From Thermoplasmatales archaeon SW_10_69_26 (GTDB lineage Archaea; Thermoplasmatota; SW-10-69-26): a DNA stretch of 41,302 nt. The stretch lies in assembly GCA_003009755.1 (NCBI GenBank), contig PXUB01000048.1, positions 1 to 41,302 of the forward strand, written 5' to 3'. A model generated the notes under the pieces. It had not been told where the DNA came from. It saw nothing but the letters and a program-made list of their open reading frames with translations, and did no database searches. How positions within the stretch are numbered: the stretch's first letter is position 1; the number at the start of each line of letters is the position of its first letter. Of this stretch, positions 18,313-27,359 are shown in pieces. The translations under genes were made by a program, and so were the position numbers.

Positions 18313-19671
18313 CTAATCCGACGACAGCTCGCCGACGAGCTCGTCCAGCGCGACCTCGGTCTGCTCGCCGCTTGCCATGTCCTTGACGGTCGCGACGCCT
18401 TGCTCGAGCTCGTCCGGGCCCAGCAGGATCGCCTTCGGGACGCCCAGGCGGTCGACGTAGTCGAGGTTCTTGCCGATCGAGCGGTCGCGAAGGTCGACCG
18501 TGGTCGGGATGCCGGCCGCGCGCAGGTCGGCGGCCACGCTCGTGGCCTCGTCCAGCGTGCCGGCGATCGGGACGACGTGGGCCCGCGCTGGGGCCTCCTC
18601 GGTCTCGACGTCGGCGGCCAACAGCAGCCGGTCGAACCCGAGCCCGAAGCCGGTCGTGTCCGTCGGCTGCCCACCCAGCGTCTCCGCCAACTGGTAGCGG
18701 CCGCCGCCGGCGACCTGGCTTTGGGCGCCCAGCTCGGGCGCCTCGACCTCGAACACGACGCCCGTGTAGTAGTCCAGGCCGCGCGCGACGCCGAGGTCGA
18801 CGTGCACCTCGTCGACGCCGTGCCCGGCCAGGTGGCCGAGGGTGGTGGCCAGCTCGTCGAGGGCTGCCTCGATCGCCTCGGCCGTCGCCTCGTCGAAAGC
18901 CTCCCGCAGGCGCTTGTCCAGGTGCGGGGCCTCGTCCGAGAAGCCGCGCACCTCGGCCAGCAGCTCGCCGAACCGCTCGCGCAGCTCGTCCTCGTCGCCG
19001 GCGAGCGCGATCGTCGGGTTGGCGCCGACGGCCAGGTCCTCGATCGCCTCGGCCAGCACGGGCTCGGCGTCGACCTCGTCCAGGCGCTCGGTCAGCTCCT
19101 CGCCGCCCTTGTCGACGAGGCGGTACAGCTCGCTGTGGGTGTCTTCGTCGGTGTCGACGGCCTCGATCAGGCGGTCGAGGATCCCGATGTGGCCGACGTG
19201 GAGCTCGGTGGCGGCCCCGGCGGCCTGCACGCACTCCTCGGCCAAGGCGATAATCTCGGCGTCGCCGGCCGGGCCGGGCGCGCCCACGAGCTCGGCGCCG
19301 AACTGCCAGAACTCCCGGTAACGGCCGGACTGGGGCCGCTCGTAGCGGAAGCAGTTGCCGAAGTAGAACAACCGCAGCGGCTTGGGGCGGGCCCGCAGCT
19401 CCTCGTTGTAGAACCGCATCACGGGCGCGGTCAGCTCGGGCCGCAGCGTGAGCTCGCGCTCGCTTTTGTCCTCGAAGGCGTACAGCTGCTCGACGATCTC
19501 GGGGCCGCTCTTGGCGGTGAACAGGTCCAGATGCTCGAAGGTCGGCGTGCCGATCTCCCGGTAGCCGAACGTCTCGAACGCCTCGCGCAGGCGCGTTATC
19601 AGCGCGTTGCGGTCGGCCATCTCCTCGGGATCGAAGTCCCGCGTGCCCCGCGGTCGGTCGAACGACGCCAT
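18313..19671 (-). CDS. hisS: histidine--tRNA ligase
   Basis: PRGTRDF, LRPELTAP, FRYERPQSGRYREFWQFGAE, ARGLDYYTG, GGGRY, GFDRL; upstream TTTTTATC TATA. Confidence 0.96.
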   Translation of the reverse strand: MASFDRPRGTRDFDPEEMADRNALITRLREAFETFGYREIGTPTFEHLDLFTAKSGPEIVEQLYAFEDKSERELTLRPELTAPVMRFYNEELRARPKPLRLFYFGNCFRYERPQSGRYREFWQFGAELVGAPGPAGDAEIIALAEECVQAAGAATELHVGHIGILDRLIEAVDTDEDTHSELYRLVDKGGEELTERLDEVDAEPVLAEAIEDLAVGANPTIALAGDEDELRERFGELLAEVRGFSDEAPHLDKRLREAFDEATAEAIEAALDELATTLGHLAGHGVDEVHVDLGVARGLDYYTGVVFEVEAPELGAQSQVAGGGRYQLAETLGGQPTDTTGFGLGFDRLLLAADVETEEAPARAHVVPIAGTLDEATSVAADLRAAGIPTTVDLRDRSIGKNLDYVDRLGVPKAILLGPDELEQGVATVKDMASGEQTEVALDELVGELSSD

Positions 19672-19802
19672 CGCGCCCGCCAACAGGCAAGGGGGATAAA
19701 AACCGGCCGCCCGGACCCCACGGCCGGGCCCTCGACCGCCGCGGAGCTCGGTGCGCGTCGAAAGGTTGAAACCGGTCGCCCCGTTCCTCGCGTCTTGCCG
19801 AT

Positions 19803-19875
19803 GCCGGCTTAGCTCAGTCGGTGGAGCACCTGATTCGTAATCAGGAGGCCCGGGGTTCGAATCCCCGAGCCGGCT
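19803..19875 (+). tRNA. tRNA-Thr(CGT)
   Basis: Acceptor GCCGGCT/AGCCGGC, anticodon arm CCTGA-TTCGTAA-TCAGG, T arm CGGGG-TTCGAAT-CCCCG, U73. Confidence 0.96.
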
Positions 19876-20184
19876 TCCTCGGTCACTGGGCGAGCCCAGC
19901 CTCGCCTATCGCAGGAGATCCGGCGGCGGCTGACGGTGTCGCTGTGCATTCCAAGCCCACGAGGGGATCGCTGCTTCGAGCTCCTTGCCAGCCGCGGCTC
20001 CCGGCGCGATCGAGGATCGGATGCTGCTGCCGTGTCTGCGTCGAGCGCCACGATCCGCGCGTGCCTCGTTCCTCGGCTGGGGCCCCTCAGCCGAAGATGT
20101 GTGGGCGGATGGCGTCCTCCGGGCCAACCTCCATCCCCGAGCGCCCGCCAGTGCCTGGAGGGTCGGCTTGCCCTGGAGTTGGTC

Positions 20185-21273
20185 ATGCGAACGCGAACGC
20201 TGATCGTCGTGACCCTCGCCGCGCTCCTCCTCGGCGCGGGCCTGATCGTCCAGGCCCAAGACGCCAACGACACCGACGGCGAGTCCGCGCCCGACGAACA
20301 CGAGCGCACCGTAGCCATCGAGCGCGAGGGCTCGACGGTGACGCTCGCCCTCGAGCGCCGCGGCGAGCCCGACACCGACCCCGTCACGGTCGGGTTCGAC
20401 CCCCCGAACGCGACGCTGGACGTCGCCTACGGCGCCGGCGAGACCACGATGACAGTGGCGTTCGAGGCGATCGTCGAGTACACCGACGACAACGGGAACG
20501 GGACCTACGACTTCGGGGAACCGATCGTCTCGTCGGCGCGGCTCAGCCCGACGTCCGGGGAGGCCAACGCCTCCGAGGGCAACCAGACGCGCTGGGCGGC
20601 CCCGATCGTGACGAACGCCACCTCGGGCCAAGCCGAGGGCAAGCGCGTCGTCGCCCCGGCCGAGATCCCCAGCAACGGCACCTTCACGATCGAGATCGAA
20701 GCCTACGGGGAGCGCGCCCAGGTCCGCAATGTCACCCTGAGCCCCGCGAGCGTCCGCGTCGGGCTCACCACCCGAGGCTACGACTTCCAACGAGAGGACA
20801 CCGAACTGGCCCTGTTCCTCGCCGTCGTCATGGGGGACGACCAGACAGGCGACCAGTACCGAGCCCGGGGGGAACGCCAGCGCGGGTTCCTGACCGCCGA
20901 GGACGTCGACGACGGGTCCGTGAACCTCCTGTTCGCCTGGGGCACGACCGCCACCGTCGACGGGGAGCAGCTCATCGCCCAGACCACGCAGTTGGGGATC
21001 GAGGAGGCCCGCCGGGGCGAGGAGACGCAGGGCGAGGAGGGTCGGCGGACCGCCGAGGGGGAGCCTGAGACGCAGCCCTGGCGGCAGCCCGACGACGAGG
21101 AGGACACCGAACGCTACGTGCTCTCCTACCCCCGAGGGGATCGGATCGAGCACGCCGCGGAGGTCGAGGTGGGGCTCGACGGCGCCGACACCACCGACGA
21201 TGCGCCGGGGGTCGGCCTGGCCCTCACGGCCTCGATGCTCCTGGCTGCAGCCGCGCTCCGTCGGGACCGGTGA
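20185..21273 (+). CDS. secreted surface protein with PGF-CTERM-like anchor
   Basis: Signal ending VQA-Q; EYTDDNGNGTYDFGEP...TVDGE...YPRGDRIEH domain; ends APGV-TM-RRDR. Confidence 0.82.
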   Translation: MRTRTLIVVTLAALLLGAGLIVQAQDANDTDGESAPDEHERTVAIEREGSTVTLALERRGEPDTDPVTVGFDPPNATLDVAYGAGETTMTVAFEAIVEYTDDNGNGTYDFGEPIVSSARLSPTSGEANASEGNQTRWAAPIVTNATSGQAEGKRVVAPAEIPSNGTFTIEIEAYGERAQVRNVTLSPASVRVGLTTRGYDFQREDTELALFLAVVMGDDQTGDQYRARGERQRGFLTAEDVDDGSVNLLFAWGTTATVDGEQLIAQTTQLGIEEARRGEETQGEEGRRTAEGEPETQPWRQPDDEEDTERYVLSYPRGDRIEHAAEVEVGLDGADTTDDAPGVGLALTASMLLAAAALRRDR

Positions 21274-21333
21274 CGTCGCCGGTACCCCGGGCTGTCTGGT
21301 ACCCGAAAAGAGTTTATGAAAGGGTCCGCTGGC

Positions 21334-21597
21334 GTGAGCGTGGGCTCGACCAGCGAACGGGACCGCTACATCGCCTTCCGGCCCCCAGAGCCCCGGCCCA
21401 GCCGTCACGACCTCAACGTCCGGCTGGGCGAGAGATCCTGGCGGCTGACCGTCTACGACGACGAGGTCGGCATCCTGCGCGTCCCTCACACCGAAGCCGG
21501 CGACGCCCGGGATGCATTGACCCAGGAGGGCGCCGAACCCGTGACCACGAGCGGCACCATCGCAGCCGCCAAGAAGCGAGCGGGTGTCGGATCGTGA
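21334..21597 (+). CDS. rnp2: RNase P protein Pop5/Rpp14 family, compact form
   Basis: RYIAF, GILRVPH, TSGTIAAAKK motifs; canonical position upstream of psmA; BRE/TATA (CGAAAAGAGTTTATG) suggests a GTG start at 21334 or 21340. Confidence 0.75.
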   Translation: MSVGSTSERDRYIAFRPPEPRPSRHDLNVRLGERSWRLTVYDDEVGILRVPHTEAGDARDALTQEGAEPVTTSGTIAAAKKRAGVGS

Positions 21598-21774
21598 GCC
21601 GCCGACCGATACCGGCCGCCCACCGACCGCGCCATACCTCACTTACAAATACCGACCCCTCCATCCGCCAAGCAGAGGACGCGATCGATCGTCCTCGGTT
21701 CGGGGAGTCGGGGACGAGACTTCCCGCCGGAGGGGACCGGTCTTCCCCAGCGACAAGCAGGACAGAGTGGTAGG

Positions 21775-22548
21775 ATGCAGCAACCTTCGCAGATGTACGA
21801 TCGCGCGATCACGGTCTTCTCGCCTGACGGGCGCCTGTTCCAGGTGGAGTACGCCCGAGAGGCGGTCAAACGCGGCACGACGACCGTCGGCGTCAAGTTC
21901 GACGGCGGCGTCGTCCTCATCGTCGACAAACGGATCAGCTCGGAGCTCGTCGATCCCGAGAGCATCGAGAAGATCTTCCGCATCGACGATCACATCGGGT
22001 GCGCCACCTCGGGTCTCGTGGCGGACGCCCGCGTGCTCGTGGACCGGGCACGGATGGACTCCCAGATGAACAAGCTGTCCTACGAGGAGGACATCAACGT
22101 CGAGACCCTCGTCAAGCGGACCTGCGACTTCAAGCAGAATTACACGCAGTACGGCGGCGTTCGACCCTTCGGCACCGCCCTGCTCATCGCCGGCGTCGAC
22201 GACACGGGCGCCCACCTCTTCGAGACCGATCCCTCCGGAGCGCTCATGGCCTACAAGGCCTCCGCCATCGGTGCGGGCCGCCAAACGGTCATGGACCACT
22301 TCACCGAGGACTTCGAAGAGGGTTGCACGCAGGACGAGGCCCTCGAACTCGGTCTCGAAGGCCTCGACCGCGCCACCGAGTCGGCCCTCGAACCCGCCGC
22401 GATCGAGATCGGCGTCGTCACCGACGACGCCCGGTTCCGCAAGTTCGAGCGCGAAGAGGTGGAGGACGCCGTCTCCTCCGTCGACACCAGCGCCGGCCCG
22501 TCGACCGATACCGACACCGGCCCCGACAGCGACGAAGACGAAGCATAG
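21775..22548 (+). CDS. psmA: proteasome subunit alpha
   Basis: YDRAITVFSPDGRLFQVEYAREAVKRG, SGLVADAR, TQYGGVRPFG, ETDPSG. Confidence 0.97.
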   Translation: MQQPSQMYDRAITVFSPDGRLFQVEYAREAVKRGTTTVGVKFDGGVVLIVDKRISSELVDPESIEKIFRIDDHIGCATSGLVADARVLVDRARMDSQMNKLSYEEDINVETLVKRTCDFKQNYTQYGGVRPFGTALLIAGVDDTGAHLFETDPSGALMAYKASAIGAGRQTVMDHFTEDFEEGCTQDEALELGLEGLDRATESALEPAAIEIGVVTDDARFRKFEREEVEDAVSSVDTSAGPSTDTDTGPDSDEDEA

Positions 22549-23259
22549 GTGAGCCCATTGGTCAGCCTCGACGACGCCGTCACCGCGCGCCTGGAATCCC
22601 ACGGGACCAAGTTCGAAGTGCTCGTGGAACCCGAGCGCGCCCAACAGGTACACGGCGATCCCGAGGAGCACAGCCTCGAAAGCGGCGATCTCGCCGCCGA
22701 CAAGGTCTTCAAAGACGCCAACAAGGGCAAGGCGGCGGCCGACGAGAACATCGAGGAGGTGTTCGGCACCACGGACGTCGTCGAGGCGGCCAACCGCATC
22801 GTCGCCGAGGGGGACATCCAGCTCACCACCGAGCAGCGGCGCGAGATGCGGGAGAACAAGCGCAAAGCGATCATCTCCTACATCTCCCGCCACGCGCTCA
22901 ACCCCCAGACCGGCAACCCTCACCCTCCCCAACGCATCGAGAACGCGATGGAGAACGTGCGCTTCCACGCGGACCCGTTCGAATCGACCGAGGCGCAGGT
23001 CGAGGAGCTCATGGACAAGCTGCGCCCGATCATCCCGATCAAGATCGAGCGGGTCCAGGTCGTCGTGACCATCCCGGCCGAACACACCGGCGCCGCGTAC
23101 GGCGTCGTCCGCGAGAACGGGAAGCTCGTCCGAGAGGAATGGCGATCGGATGGCTCGTGGGAGGGAACCGTCGAGATCCCCGCCGGGATGCAGACGGAGT
23201 TCTACGAGAAGCTCAACGAGCGCACCCAAGGCAACGTTCAGACCACACTGAAACGGTGA
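22549..23259 (+). CDS. sdo1: ribosome maturation factor SBDS/Sdo1
   Basis: KFEVLV, VFKDANKG, GDIQLTTEQRR, NPQTGNPHPPQRIENAM. Confidence 0.95.
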   Translation: MSPLVSLDDAVTARLESHGTKFEVLVEPERAQQVHGDPEEHSLESGDLAADKVFKDANKGKAAADENIEEVFGTTDVVEAANRIVAEGDIQLTTEQRREMRENKRKAIISYISRHALNPQTGNPHPPQRIENAMENVRFHADPFESTEAQVEELMDKLRPIIPIKIERVQVVVTIPAEHTGAAYGVVRENGKLVREEWRSDGSWEGTVEIPAGMQTEFYEKLNERTQGNVQTTLKR

Positions 23260-23265
23260 TCACAC

Positions 23266-23952
23266 TTGTCAAGAGAAGTCGTCGTACCCGGTGATCTGCT
23301 CGACGATTCAGGGCAGAAAGAGGCCGGGTCCAACGCGTACAAAGAAGGTTCCGAGGTTTACGCCGAACGCGTCGGGCTCAAGAAGGAGGGCTCCAACCAC
23401 GTCGAGGTCGTGGCCCTCAGCGGCAAGCGCTACGAGCCCCAACGCGGTGACCTCGTCATCGGGACGATCATCGAGGCCAAGCCCTCGATCTGGTTCCTCG
23501 ACATCAACGGACCCAGCGACGTCGGTATGCACGTCAACGAGGTCCCCTGGCGCGTCGATTTCGGCGAGACCACGAAGTACCTGGACATCGGCGAGACGGC
23601 CCTGATGAAGGTCTACCACGTCGACGAGCAGCGCGAAGCCCAGGTCACGATGAAGGACCGGACCTGTCGCAAGCTCGAAGGCGGAACCACCATCACCGTC
23701 CCGCCCAGCAAGGTGCCCCGCATCATCGGACGCCGGGGCTCCATGATCAAGACCATCAAGAACAACACCGACTGCCGGCTCTTCGTCGGCAAGAACGGGG
23801 TCATCTGGTTCGACGGCGAGCCCGAGGAGGTCAGTCACGTGCGCGACGCCATCCACATGATCGTCGACCAAGCGCACACCTCGGGTCTCACCGAGCGGGT
23901 CGAGACCTTCCTGGACGAAGGCCCCGAAGCAGTCGATCCCCCTACGGAGTGA
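23266..23952 (+). CDS. rrp4: exosome RNA-binding subunit Rrp4
   Basis: [17 protein letters not shown]1 domain, [13 protein letters not shown] and [10 protein letters not shown] domain, [10 protein letters not shown]. Confidence 0.94.
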   Translation: MSREVVVPGDLLDDSGQKEAGSNAYKEGSEVYAERVGLKKEGSNHVEVVALSGKRYEPQRGDLVIGTIIEAKPSIWFLDINGPSDVGMHVNEVPWRVDFGETTKYLDIGETALMKVYHVDEQREAQVTMKDRTCRKLEGGTTITVPPSKVPRIIGRRGSMIKTIKNNTDCRLFVGKNGVIWFDGEPEEVSHVRDAIHMIVDQAHTSGLTERVETFLDEGPEAVDPPTE

Positions 23953-23957
23953 TCCTC

Positions 23958-24734
23958 ATGGCGAAAGCTGATGCCCCTGACCTGTTGAACCACGAGGGGT
24001 TGCGCATCGCCGAGCGCGACCCTGTCAACGATGAATACACCTACGGTCGCGGCAAGGACGAGCTCCGGCCCATCGAGATCGAGGCCGGCGTCCTCAACCG
24101 CGCGGACGGTTCCGCCTACCTCGAGTGGGGCGAGAACAAGGTCCTCGCCGCCACCTACGGCCCCCGCGAGTGCCATCCCCGCCGCGACCAGGACCCGGCC
24201 GAGGCCGTGGTCCGCGTCACGTACAACATGGCGCCGTTCAGCGTGTCCGACCGCACGCGCCCGGGCCCGTCCCGGCGCGACCGCGAGATCGGCAAGGTGA
24301 CGAGCGAGGCCCTCGAGCCCGCCGTCCTCACCCAGCTGTACCCCGGCGCCGCCATCGACGTCTTCATCGAGATCATCGAAGCCGAAGCCGGCACCCGCTG
24401 CGCCGGCCTCACCGCCGCCAGCGTCTCCATGGCCGACGCCGGCATCCCGATGAAGGGCCTGGTCACCTCCTGCGCGGCCGGCAAGATCGAGGACGACGTC
24501 GTGCTCGATCTCAGCCGCGAAGAGGACTTCCACGGCGAGGCCGATCTTCCGATCGCCGTCGTGCCCAAGACCGGCGACGTCGTTCTGCTGCAGATGGACG
24601 GCGACCTCTCCGCCGACGAGTTCGACGAGGCGATCGACAAGGCCTACGAAGCCTGCTACGACATCCACGACCTGCAGAAGCAGGCCCTCGTCGACCGGTA
24701 CCAAGGCTCTGCCACCAACGGGGGGAACCGCTGA
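23958..24734 (+). CDS. rrp41: exosome exonuclease Rrp41
   Basis: [50 protein letters not shown]. Confidence 0.95.
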   Translation: MAKADAPDLLNHEGLRIAERDPVNDEYTYGRGKDELRPIEIEAGVLNRADGSAYLEWGENKVLAATYGPRECHPRRDQDPAEAVVRVTYNMAPFSVSDRTRPGPSRRDREIGKVTSEALEPAVLTQLYPGAAIDVFIEIIEAEAGTRCAGLTAASVSMADAGIPMKGLVTSCAAGKIEDDVVLDLSREEDFHGEADLPIAVVPKTGDVVLLQMDGDLSADEFDEAIDKAYEACYDIHDLQKQALVDRYQGSATNGGNR

Positions 24735-25522
24735 TGTCCGACGACGTCGTCTCCGACATCCAGCGCCAGTACCTCGTGGATCTGGCCGACAAGGGCCGCC
24801 GCTTCGACGACCGAGGCCTCGACGAGTACCGTGACGTCTCGATCGAGACCGACGTCATCAACCAAGCCGAGGGCTCGGCCCACGTCCGACTGGGCGGGAC
24901 CGAGGTCTACTGCGGCGTCAAGATGGAGATGGGCGACCCCTACTCCGACAGCCCCAACCAGGGCGTCATCACGACGACCGCCGAGCGGAACCAGATGGCC
25001 TCCCCCGACTTCGAGGGCGGCCCCCCGCGCGGCCCGTCCGTCGAGGTCTCCCGCGTCATCGACCGTGGCATCCGCGAATCCGACGCGGTGCCCCTGGAGT
25101 CGCTGTGCATCGAACCCGGCGAGAAGTGCTGGGTCGTGTACCTCGACGTTCACTGCGTCGACTTCGACGGGAACCTCTTCGACGCCGGATCCCTGGGTCT
25201 GCTGGCCGCCCTCATGACGGCTCAGATCCCCAACCACCGTCACGATCTCGGGGAGCCCGAGCCCCTCGAGATCCGCTCGCAACCGATCATGACCACCGCG
25301 GTCAAGATCGGCGACGAGATCCTGTTCGATCCGACGGACCTCGAGGAGAAGGTCTCCTCGCCGCGGATCTCCGTCTCCACCGACGAACACGGCCGCATCC
25401 GCGCGGCCCAGAAGAGCCTGGCCGGCGGCTTCCAGCCCGAAGAGATCCAGGAGACCATCCGGCGGTCACGCCGAAAGGCTGAAGAGCTCCGGTCCAACGT
25501 ACTCGAGACCGTCAAGAAGTGA
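24734..25522 (+). CDS. rrp42: exosome subunit Rrp42
   Basis: GRRFDDRGLDEYR, AEGSAHVRLGGT, PYSDSPNQG, RVIDRGIRES, DFDGNLFDA. Confidence 0.94.
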   Translation: MSDDVVSDIQRQYLVDLADKGRRFDDRGLDEYRDVSIETDVINQAEGSAHVRLGGTEVYCGVKMEMGDPYSDSPNQGVITTTAERNQMASPDFEGGPPRGPSVEVSRVIDRGIRESDAVPLESLCIEPGEKCWVVYLDVHCVDFDGNLFDAGSLGLLAALMTAQIPNHRHDLGEPEPLEIRSQPIMTTAVKIGDEILFDPTDLEEKVSSPRISVSTDEHGRIRAAQKSLAGGFQPEEIQETIRRSRRKAEELRSNVLETVKK

Positions 25523-25529
25523 GATCAGC

Positions 25530-25967
25530 ATGAGCCAAGGAACAGAAGACGTCGGCTCGTCCGGCCGATTCGGTCCCCGCTATGGTACCTCCGTCCGTCG
25601 CCGCATCCAAGCGATCGAGGAGGTCCAGCACGACGAGCACCGATGCCCGCAGTGCCTCACCGGTGACCTGGAGCGCGTCTCCACGTCGATCTGGCAGTGC
25701 CGCAAGTGCGACCACAAGTTCGCCGGCGGCGCCTACCAGCCCCAGACCTCCGCCTTCGGCAAGGCCCAAGCCTCCGCCGACGAGCTCGAAGAGGTCGAGG
25801 AAGCCTTCGAGACCGACGAAGAGGAGGAAGAGGCCGAGGAGATCGAGCCCGAACCGGAGACCGAGACGGTCGAGGAGCCCGAACCCGAGCCCGAGGAGGC
25901 CGAGCCCGAGCCGGCCGCCGAGGACGAGGACGACGAGCCCGACTCGATCGAATCCCTGTTCGAGTAG
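25530..25967 (+). CDS. rpl37ae: 50S ribosomal protein L37ae (eL43) with long acidic C-terminal extension
   Basis: GRFGPRYG, CPQC...RVSTSIWQCRKC, FAGGAY; followed by a ~65-aa E/P/D tail. Confidence 0.94.
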   Translation: MSQGTEDVGSSGRFGPRYGTSVRRRIQAIEEVQHDEHRCPQCLTGDLERVSTSIWQCRKCDHKFAGGAYQPQTSAFGKAQASADELEEVEEAFETDEEEEEAEEIEPEPETETVEEPEPEPEEAEPEPAAEDEDDEPDSIESLFE

Positions 25968-26111
25968 CGCGCCGGTCCCTCGGGCCGGTCCGCCCGGGCC
26001 AAGCGCCCCCGCTAAGTTGACCGCCGCCGCGGACCGGTCCCCCTCCCTCCCGCTTTCCCCCCGACCGCGACCCTAGGGTTGAAGGCAGGCGCCCGTTTAG
26101 GTGGGGATAGC

Positions 26112-26246
26112 ATGTACACGTGTGGCGGCTGCGGTCGCAGCATCGAGCTGAGCCAGAGCAACCTCGGCATCCGGTGCACGTACTGCAACAAGAAGGTCTT
26201 CTACAAGGAGCGCCCCACGATCGCCAAGAGCCTCGAGGCTCGCTGA
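26112..26246 (+). CDS. rpoP: RNA polymerase subunit P (Rpo12), absent from the ORF track
   Basis: MYTCGGCGRSIELSQSNLGIRCTYCNKKVFYKERPTIAKSLEAR; Zn ribbon; syntenic after rpl37ae. Confidence 0.93.
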   Translation: MYTCGGCGRSIELSQSNLGIRCTYCNKKVFYKERPTIAKSLEAR

Positions 26247-26394
26247 AGCGGCCATCGCGGAGCGAGAGGCTGGCACGGTGTGAAGAAGGGAGAGCTGTCT
26301 TGGGTCTGCCAGCCGCCAGGCGCACGGGTGGTCGAAAGGTTCGTTCAACCATCCATCCCCAAGGCTTGCCACAGTCCGAAGGGCCCGCCCGCCG

Positions 26395-26950
26395 ATGAGC
26401 CAATCGCTTATCCTCGTGGCCCTCCTCGTTTGCACAGTTGGGCCCTCACAGGGTGCGTGACCGACGACCCAGCCTCTCCCGCCACTGAGCCATCCAACGC
26501 AACCAGCTCCGAGACGCTGGTCCCCTGGGAGTCCTCGACCACGACGCAGATCGGCTGCCTCGTCGGGGCGGGGCACCACACGGCTGGCGTGTACTCTTAC
26601 GCCTGTCTACCGACGAAGACCTGGAGCCGTGCGCGGAAACGACCCTCCCCGATCGAACGAGCGCGCTCTCCGTCACGGTGACGCCGGAGGCCGTCGACAC
26701 AGACGAACCCGGCGTGGGGGAGTACGCGATCTCGGTCTTCGGTCCGCCCGACGAGGATTGGAAGCAAACCTGGACAGCTCCCATCGAGGAAGCCACCTAC
26801 GAGGTCCAGGACCCGACATCGGGGGTTTGGGGGTCGACGCTATCTCCTAGGGCGTGACCGTCTCCCAGTCGTGGGATGTGCGCCTCGAAGCGACGGGTGA
26901 AGCCCCGCCGGGCCAGTCTCCCGATCTCGAGCTCGGCAGCTGGACCTATG
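26395..26950 (+). pseudogene. multiply frameshifted lipoprotein gene
   Basis: MSQSLILVALLVC / shift / ALTGCVTDDPASPATEPSNATSSE...IGCLVGAG / shift / LSVTVTPEAVDTDEPGVGEYAISVFGP...QDPTSGVW / shift and TAG / GVTVSQSWDVRLEATG; end approximate. Confidence 0.6.
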
Positions 26951-27087
26951 CTTAGCGGCTTCCGGCCCGGCCCACGTCTGGTCCCCGCCGTTTCCCCGTG
27001 TTCCGGAGCCTCTCTCCAACTGTCGATCGCGGGTGAGCCGTTCGGCAACCACCCAACACTTTTAGCTGGCGCGGGACTGCCTTCGAT

Positions 27088-27357
27088 GTGACGCGGCTCG
27101 AGCTGACCGTCGACGTCGCCGGCGATGCCGACGACGTGGACGTGCTCGTCGACGCACTCGCCCCCGAACACGCCGAGGAGTTCCCCGGCGTCGAGACGGG
27201 GATCGAGACCGTCGACGAGGACCGGGCTCGCCTCCGGTTCGGAAGCGAGACGGTCACCGACATGCGAGCCGCCGTGAACGCTCATTTGCGCTGGGTGGGC
27301 ACGATCGAGGACACCCTCGACGTCGACGCCCAGGGCACGGATCCCGAGGTGCATTGA
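27088..27357 (+). CDS. pcc1: KEOPS complex subunit Pcc1
   Basis: LVDALAPE...DMRAAVNAHLRWV; syntenic before prefoldin beta. Confidence 0.82.
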   Translation: MTRLELTVDVAGDADDVDVLVDALAPEHAEEFPGVETGIETVDEDRARLRFGSETVTDMRAAVNAHLRWVGTIEDTLDVDAQGTDPEVH

Positions 27358-27359
27358 TC

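Noticed and set aside
7858-19875. Integrated element at either tRNA
   Set aside because: No integrase or transposase, no duplicated tRNA 3' end (att site) noticed, and core genes lie in between
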